The notes beneath the pieces are model-generated. The model searched no databases. It was given only the letters and a program-made list of their open reading frames with translations, and was not told the DNA's origin. Made by a program: the position numbers and the translations under genes. 64,000 nucleotides of DNA from Bugula neritina (taxonomy: Eukaryota > Animalia > Bryozoa): assembly GCA_964035545.1 (NCBI GenBank), contig OZ037765.1, forward strand, positions 4,474,698 through 4,538,697, written 5' to 3'. Below, piece after piece: positions 38,965 to 64,000 of this stretch (the stretch's first letter is position 1; the number at the start of each line of letters is the position of its first letter).

Positions 38965-39183
38965 AACACAACTCACGCAAGTTTATAGTCGCCAACCCTG
39001 TGAGAAACCCCCGATGGAAAGGGTTTTTGTTAAAGCTGGTTAAGGACGTTTTTAAATGGGGCACAGGAGAAATTATGACTGGATGCTCTTCCTAACATCA
39101 CCAATGACCTTTGTCTGGGCTCAAACCCATGGCCTGGCGTTTACTAGGCAAACGCTCTAACCCTTAGACCTCTGCTGCCCCCA
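38965..39183 (-). mobile_element. tRNA-derived SINE, full length
   Basis: Reverse-complement homologue of 10445-10670. 14-bp TSD ATGCTTTCATATAA at 38951-38964 and 39184-39197. Confidence 0.92.
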
Positions 39184-40039
39184 ATGCTTTCATATAACAT
39201 ATCCATGATATATTATTTACTTATAGCTTACTTAGTGCCATTGGTAAATCTCAAAAGCCAGTGAAAATGAGTAATTGTGAAACAGCTTGGAAAGTAGGTT
39301 GTGTTTTTGGGGATCAATTTATGTCTTAGTTGGCCAGTTAAATATCTCACCATTTTAACTTTTATAACAGTTTTGCAAGTATAACTATCAAGTGCATGCT
39401 TCTAATATTAGTTATGCAACTTTTGTCATTTGCATCCTTTTCTTTCATACATAAAATTTGTGACTTTTGAGCTCATTTCTCAAAATTGATAAATTAAATT
39501 TTAAATGTTTTAAAACTGCAACTGAAAATTGTATGTCTGAATATATACCCTAGATAATTTTACCACAACAAATACCTTGCGGTTCTCATATTAAAATGAA
39601 TTAGTTGTCTGGCAGTTGGGCACTGTAAATAGTGCATAACTCTGATTGGATAGATTTTAGATCATTTGTTGACACTTGTATCTGATTGGCTAAGAAAGTT
39701 ATACATCTGTCTACTCAAAGTGTGATGATTATTATAATAGACATGGCTAGTAATTAGACACTAGTATTATAATATGAATTGTTTTGATCATCAATTTCAC
39801 TAATAGATATTCAGTGCTTTGCTTCCAGGAATGAAATAATGTAGTCTTCATTTTAGACCTTTTGGCTTCTGCTTCCTATAACACTAAAATATGTACACAG
39901 AAGATCTTAATGCATCTGATACTACTCACAGTATTGTGCTAATAGTGCTTAACCTGTAAAGCACGCAGCTAATGGCTAATTTATAAGGATAAATTCTCTT
40001 TACAGTTTGTATTGGCACCACATTATTTAAAGAAAGTTT

Positions 40040-40200
40040 TTTTTTACACCAATGATATGAAATATGCTATAGCAATGTTTTAATATTAGCAGACAGCTTA
40101 GTCTTTCACCATTCACCGACTAATATTCGCGCTACCACCAAGCTATCTGTCTCCTAGAAGAACACTGCTATAGCATATTTTATGTCACTTTCGTAAAAAA
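40040..40200. repeat. ~160-bp imperfect fold-back (inverted repeat)
   Basis: TTTTTTAC..TGATATGAAATATGCTATAGCAATGTT..CAGACAGCTT pairs with AAGCTATCTG..AACACTGCTATAGCATATTTTATGTCA..GTAAAAAA. Confidence 0.8.
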
Positions 40201-41594
40201 AGCACACTCATCAGCATTTTAATAAATTTGGCAAAAATTTCCCAATAATAATTTTTAGAAAAAAATAGGCATAAAAACATTTTGGTAGTTATTGTGCTGC
40301 AGAAAGGCCGCAGAAGCGGTTATAAGATTTAACTTAACACTACATAAGTAACATCTTCAAATAAAACTGACTAGAGCGAATCCTATTCAACCCTTTTTAA
40401 TTTAAATTAGAGGCAAGAAAAACTACTAGGAAATGTTTAAAAAAGAATGACAACTTCTACAATTGCAACAATAATGTAGTATAGTCTGTATAGATGAGAA
40501 ACTTGAAATGTGGCAATACAGATTCTGCAAATTCCAGCACTGCTAAAATTAATTAAACCAATTTAAAGGGTGTTAAGAAGAGGTTTTATGGGAAAAACAT
40601 TGCTACACCCTATTACTACTTTAATAGAACAGCTCTCACACGAACATATGAAAAAAAAATAGTTCTTGACTGCAGTATTTCCACAGAGAAGAGAAAAATT
40701 CTGTACAGAGTGTAATTTAGATAGAAAAATAATGCTGGTTTCAGAGAGATGACAGTGATTAAAATAATAACTGAAATCATCACAGGTCGAGTACCACACG
40801 CAAATTCAGATAATATCTAGTAAGCATGAGCTGTCTACAAACAGTTAAACATACATACCATAGAATATAAAACTGGACTGCGCCATTAGTTCATTACCAT
40901 AACCATATGCTGAAAGACAAATTTAAAGGCCAATTAATAAAGATATTGCATCTAAGACTTATAAGGTCGATATCAGTATATCCCTCCCATAGCAGTAAGA
41001 CATGGAATATACGCATTCAGGCTAATGTAAATGGCACATTGAAGGCTAATGTAAATGGCTAAATTCTAACTTTGGTAAATTTATAACATTTAAAGCTTGC
41101 AAGTTTAATTTTTTTTGGTACCAATGACTTGCATGTATTTAAAAAAAAATCAGTTTGTGCTTTATCAATTTTTCCCCAGCAACAATAGCAATTAAACTAG
41201 ATAAAAAAACAATGGTGTAGATAGCAGTAATATTTCAGCATTGGACTTAGAACACTTTAAGAGTTGCGTTTACTATGTTCATTTACATTATAGAAGACAA
41301 CTCCATAAAGTAAACTTAATACCGGAAATTTACACATCAAACACATTGAGTCGCCACTATCTCAGTTCCTCATCACTTCACAGTCGCAGTCGTATCATTT
41401 GGCAGTTGTTTTGCATTGAATGATTGATCTGCAGCGTTCTAGGCTTTACATAATATTAATTGAATGGTTTTAACGTGTTGATCATACCCGTGTTGCTAAT
41501 TGATGCACAAAAACTAATATTTATGCTTTTCTTCGTTTCCACGCACAGGTAACTTTTTTTAATGGTATGGCTATTCTTTAAGTTTATCTCTATC

Positions 41595-42690
41595 TAATAG
41601 TAATACTAATAGTAATAGTAATATCATTATCTTACTCTTACTCTTGTCTTACTCTTAAGGACACTGAGAGTGTAACTGTAAGTCAAACTCAAAATGTTAG
41701 TTATTAATTTAGTATAACAGTAACACTAAATTACTAAGTCTAACTGTAAGTGTAACTGTAAGTGTTACTCATACTGATACAGTTACTGTAAGTGTAGTTA
41801 GTCAAAGAGTAAGTCTCAGAGTCTGTACTCGAAGTCTGAGTCTCTAACTGAGTGTAACTTTAAGTTTAAGTCATTTACTTTTAGTCTATACTATAGTAAT
41901 AGTAATACTTATAGTTATATTTATACTAAAGGTAAAACCAAAAGTAAATCTAATGCTTAGACTAACTTAGAGTTAGAGTTAGTCTTATAGTTATAGTTAT
42001 ACTAACTAATCAAATCTAATCACTAAATCTAATGCTTATAACTTCAATTATTATTGTATGTTATAAATTCTATTACTTATTAGTATTACTATAAGTACAA
42101 GAATAACTATAAGTATAAGTAGGCCTATAAGTTTTTATAACTATAGGAATAACTAAAGTTTAAATAGTTTTAAGTATGATTTTTAATAAAGAATAAAATT
42201 AAAATGATATGAATATTTAATAATAATTGAATCATAATTAAAATAGTAATAGTAATACTAATAGTTATTATTATAAATTATGATAGTTAAACTTGTAGTT
42301 GTACCAAGTTTAATATACTTAATCTTTATCTTATACTTAATTTTTATACTATAAGATTAAGTATTAGTTATACACACAGTATCAGTATGACTATGAGTAT
42401 ATAAATATGAATATGAAAAATATTAATAATAAATTTAATATGTCAGTGTGACTATGTTTATAATAAATATTTGTCTTCGACTCACTATGAGTATTTACAG
42501 TATTAGTATTACTAATACTATGGGTATTGCTATTACCAATATTACTATTAGTACTATTGTTAGGTAATACAGTAATTAAATTTAATAACTTATTTTCATT
42601 AATTTTAAAGATATCAGTTAGACTTACTTGTTTTACAACTGTTGCAACTGTTACAACCTTTAAATAGCCTATAAGTTCTGTTAAATTTAA
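41595..42690. other. Cryptic 6-bp-periodic tract in the presumed PPP1R16 first intron
   Basis: Begins ~45 bp after the donor CAG|GTAACT at 41548. Example: ACACTG AGAGTG TAACTG TAAGTC AAACTC ... TAACTG TAAGTG TAACTG TAAGTG TTACTC ATACTG. Confidence 0.75.
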
Positions 42691-44356
42691 TTTCATATGA
42701 TAATTGTACAGGGTTGCTCATGCTGTGATGCATCAGTGAGTAAAGAATAACCAGTCTTAGTTTGTTATGATGACTCTGTAATGTGATGAAAATGCTGTTT
42801 CACTCTCTAAGATAGAGAATACACTATAATATAACAAAAGGGTACTTGAATATTTATTACTAGTAGTGGTATAGTTTTAGTAATCTCCTAGTGACTATAG
42901 TAATCAAATTTTTTACCAGCCTATTTGTGATAATATTTTTGAATTATTATGGAGTTACCAGCCTAATTTAAATTCAGTAAAAGAACCAAAGGTTTAACTT
43001 TTTGCATTTTAGTTCATCAACAGGAAATTAATTTGAAGTTCAGTTGAGATTAATTGCTTTTATTAGTGAAGGGTTGAATAGCTTCACTTCAAGTTAGGTT
43101 TCCACTGATAATAATAAATAATCATAATTATTCTCAAATTGCGCAAGACCACCCGGTGAAAGGTGACCAAAGGTGACCAATTATTCTCAAATTGTGAACT
43201 TAGATTCAGTTTTTAAGTAATAATTTAATTTAAGTATGGGGTTTAGCTGCCCTCTAAAATAGCAGAGCTGTAGTTCATTAAAAGCCTACATTATCTAAAG
43301 TTTATTTATGTATCAGGAAATAGTTCTGATTAATATAATGAACAAAACAGCTATTAACTATAAATTAAATACACTTCACTACAGTTCAGTTTTTTTGCAA
43401 ATGGGATTCTAGCATTAAGTTGATCATTTAGAAGTTATATTTCTTCTTCAAATAATTCCACAGTAACATGACAAGTCTAGGTAAAACATAAGCTCTGGTT
43501 TCATTCTTTATAGACGCTGTTGAAATCTTTTTACTGCATCTTTCACTAATGAGTTGCCTTTAAGCAGCAGCGAGGGCTGAATTTCAGTTTTTGTTTTAGA
43601 GTAGATCCGTTGCTCTAGTGGGTAAGGCTCAGTAATTTTGTGTTGTGAAAGTTTGAGCTTGCAGCTAGATTATTTTTGTTTATGAATTTATTTATTTTAA
43701 TTTATTTATATAGATGAATTTCAGTTTAATTATTAAAAGTTATACGTTTAGTACTTTTTGTTTTGCATGCTATTCTAAGCCAGCAACTGAAGCATAAAAC
43801 AAATGGGCTTGTATAAAAGATATATTATTTTAAGTCTAAAATCTAAAGCGTATTTCTGATGCTTCAATACCTCATAATGAGTTCTAACCTTTGGCCTGTT
43901 AATTACAAGTGGCCCAATGTGATCCATAGCCTTCATTTTTATATAATTACTGTAAAGATAGTGCCAGAGGCTACGATATCGGCTAGCTTGTTTGTATAGT
44001 GTAATTACTTCTTGAAAAATTGTAACTAATTACAATAATAGCTAGTTTACTAATCAATATTGAAATTTTATTCATTCAATCATTGCTGCGGCAATTAATT
44101 TCAAGTTAGCTTACAATAAACTGTTAGTGAATGTGTGATTAATTGTACCCTTTGTTAGGCGCAAACCACATGCCATTTCATTATTTTAAAAAAATAATTA
44201 TTTCTTTCTAACAAAGCATTTGCCTTTAATGGAAATTACTTCCTTCTGGTATGCAGTTTTCTGAATGATTATGTAGATAGAAGGCATTTCTGACGGATGA
44301 AATGTGAGGTAGTGGGGGTTGTCTCAGCTAGCAGCGTTAAATAGGTCAGCGGCAGC

Positions 44357-54804
<10,448 letters not shown>

Positions 54805-55551
54805 ATTTTCAAGTTGTTACTTAGGCTTGTTTTTCCCATAATCCTTTGCTAAAGTAACGGGCGTTTATATGTTTGTTTAGTTTTGTTTAAAGCAGCTCTC
54901 CCAGTTTTTTTAATGAAAGCTGCTGTATGTTTCAACATCTGGCACATCTTACTCTAATCATAGCCTCACATAGTGGTAAATGCTTCTCACTTAGTCATGG
55001 CTAGTGATAATATTTTGGGAGTTTTCTGCTCACTAAGTAAGAAAATGGCTGAGCTGTCGCACCCACTCGTATATTTAAACAATTTTTTTCAACAATCGGT
55101 ATACATATTGTAAGGTTTAGAATGGAAAGTGATCTGCCAGTGTACAGGGGGAATCAGCTTTAGAAGTATCATAATCTTTTTGATATATCTTTTTTACTTC
55201 ATGTACTTTTCGTAATTGGAATGAGCATGTGATGAAGCTTGTTGGCCCACCCCAAGTGTATGTTACTACACAATTGTTAAATAGCGCAATCATTCCTAGT
55301 TTTTTCAGCTCATGCAATAACTGCAAATTAACATATTCTATTGTGCCGATAATAGTGCATCTTGTTATTTCTAACACAAATCATGAACTGTTTACTTTTT
55401 ATTACGTAATGTTATTTTTATAGATTATATTGTAAAAATGTCAAACTTGCTTTCAATTAGTTATAAAAAGCAATATTGTCAGTATAAAACCAACTGCATC
55501 AGTATTGGATAGCCTATTCAAATTATTTGGTAAGGTGTCAATTTCTATTTG

Positions 55552-55587
<36 letters not shown>

Positions 55588-56526
55588 TTATATATATAGA
55601 ATAATAATAGTTAATTAATGTGTATCAGTCCACTTCTTCCACCACTTACATTTATTTATCTGTGAACCACATTTTTGCATGTTTATTATACAAATTTGCT
55701 AATATTAACTAATGTATTGATATTTTTATTTTGAACAAATAAAAATTGAATTTGTAAATTATACCAGTTTGTAATGTCCGACAAGCTGTGATACACAACG
55801 CTGTTGGACTTTATTTCAGCCTCTGTAACAGATTACCTTCTTTTCCATATCGATAAATATTCCATAAATAGATTTTTATTAGGTTTTAAAATAAAAATTC
55901 ATAAAATTGTATATTAAATTTAGCAGTTACTAAAGTTTACAATGCTCAACTACTTCCCTATAAAAGGAACAAAAATAATAACTACAAATTATAAAAAAGA
56001 TATCAACTATTTTTACAATATAAAACTATACATGTAAAATATATGTAAGAAGTCATATTTTGCTATTTGATCATTAGCTGTTACATTAAATAATTACACT
56101 ACCATTATAGAACAATAAAATAGGAACTGAAGAATGATTGCTATTTCATTGGCTAAATATGTAATATTGTAAAGGGTGGGTAGTAAATGACTAGATCTCA
56201 ATGTCTTGATGAACAGCATGGGTTAAATAAAAATGAGCATTTTCATCTAGGTACAAGATAAATAACAACATGTCAAATTCAATTTTAAACCTTTACGACA
56301 AGAGATTAGATGTAGAGGTAAAGGAAACCGAAAACTTTACTATCAAGTGTTGGTCAATGAGCTGATCATCTACTAGTTACTAAAAACTGGCCTTGCGACT
56401 GTGTTTATAACACTCGTTTAATATTTATATGATAGAGTAGCACAGTGAATGTAGAAGAATAACACTTGGAGATGGTAAGATGACTTGGTTGAGTCAAGTG
56501 CTTGACTTAGTGACTCTATGGTTTTG

Positions 56527-63738
<7,212 letters not shown>

Positions 63739-64000
63739 CTGTGAACAATACAAAGGATTTTAGTACCTACTAAATTCTCCAAAAACCCTACCAAAACTAC
63801 GTCTTTACATTAGTACTGTGGGATGCAATTCGCTGATTAACATGTCACTCTAAAGCAGATTTTAAGAGATCATTCAACTGGAATTACAAAAAGATTGGGC
63901 ATTTTGAAGTCATGTAATTTTTAAACAAGTCAGCAATCAATTAATGTGTATACAGGCATATATATATATTATTATATAGAAATCTTCCAGAAAAGATGCT

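Overview
AT-rich, intron-rich animal (invertebrate-type) genomic DNA; the species cannot be read from the sequence. Splicing exons by hand (GT-AG, phases checked) gives these genes in order: a 3'-truncated coiled-coil gene (-); a 4-exon MADF-BESS gene (+); TMEM208/SND2 (-, mostly missed by the ORF track); an unknown single-exon 302-aa ORF (-); a tandem pair of intronless Golgi-type sulfotransferases (-, one pseudogene, one intact); a 15-exon PLAT-lipoxygenase (-) with one apparent +1 frameshift; PPP1R16/MYPT3-TIMAP (+); and the 3' part of WDFY3/Alfy (-). Mobile elements include an internally deleted THAP-type P element with TIRs and a perfect 8-bp TSD inside a lipoxygenase intron, several MITEs and three copies of a tRNA-derived SINE. 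There are also many mini/microsatellites. The most unusual unexplained signal is a cryptic 6-bp-periodic (NNN-A[C/G/A]T) tract. It lies just downstream of the first splice donor of the four genes where no TATA box was seen, including the transposon's own gene, and is absent from the TATA-containing lipoxygenase gene.
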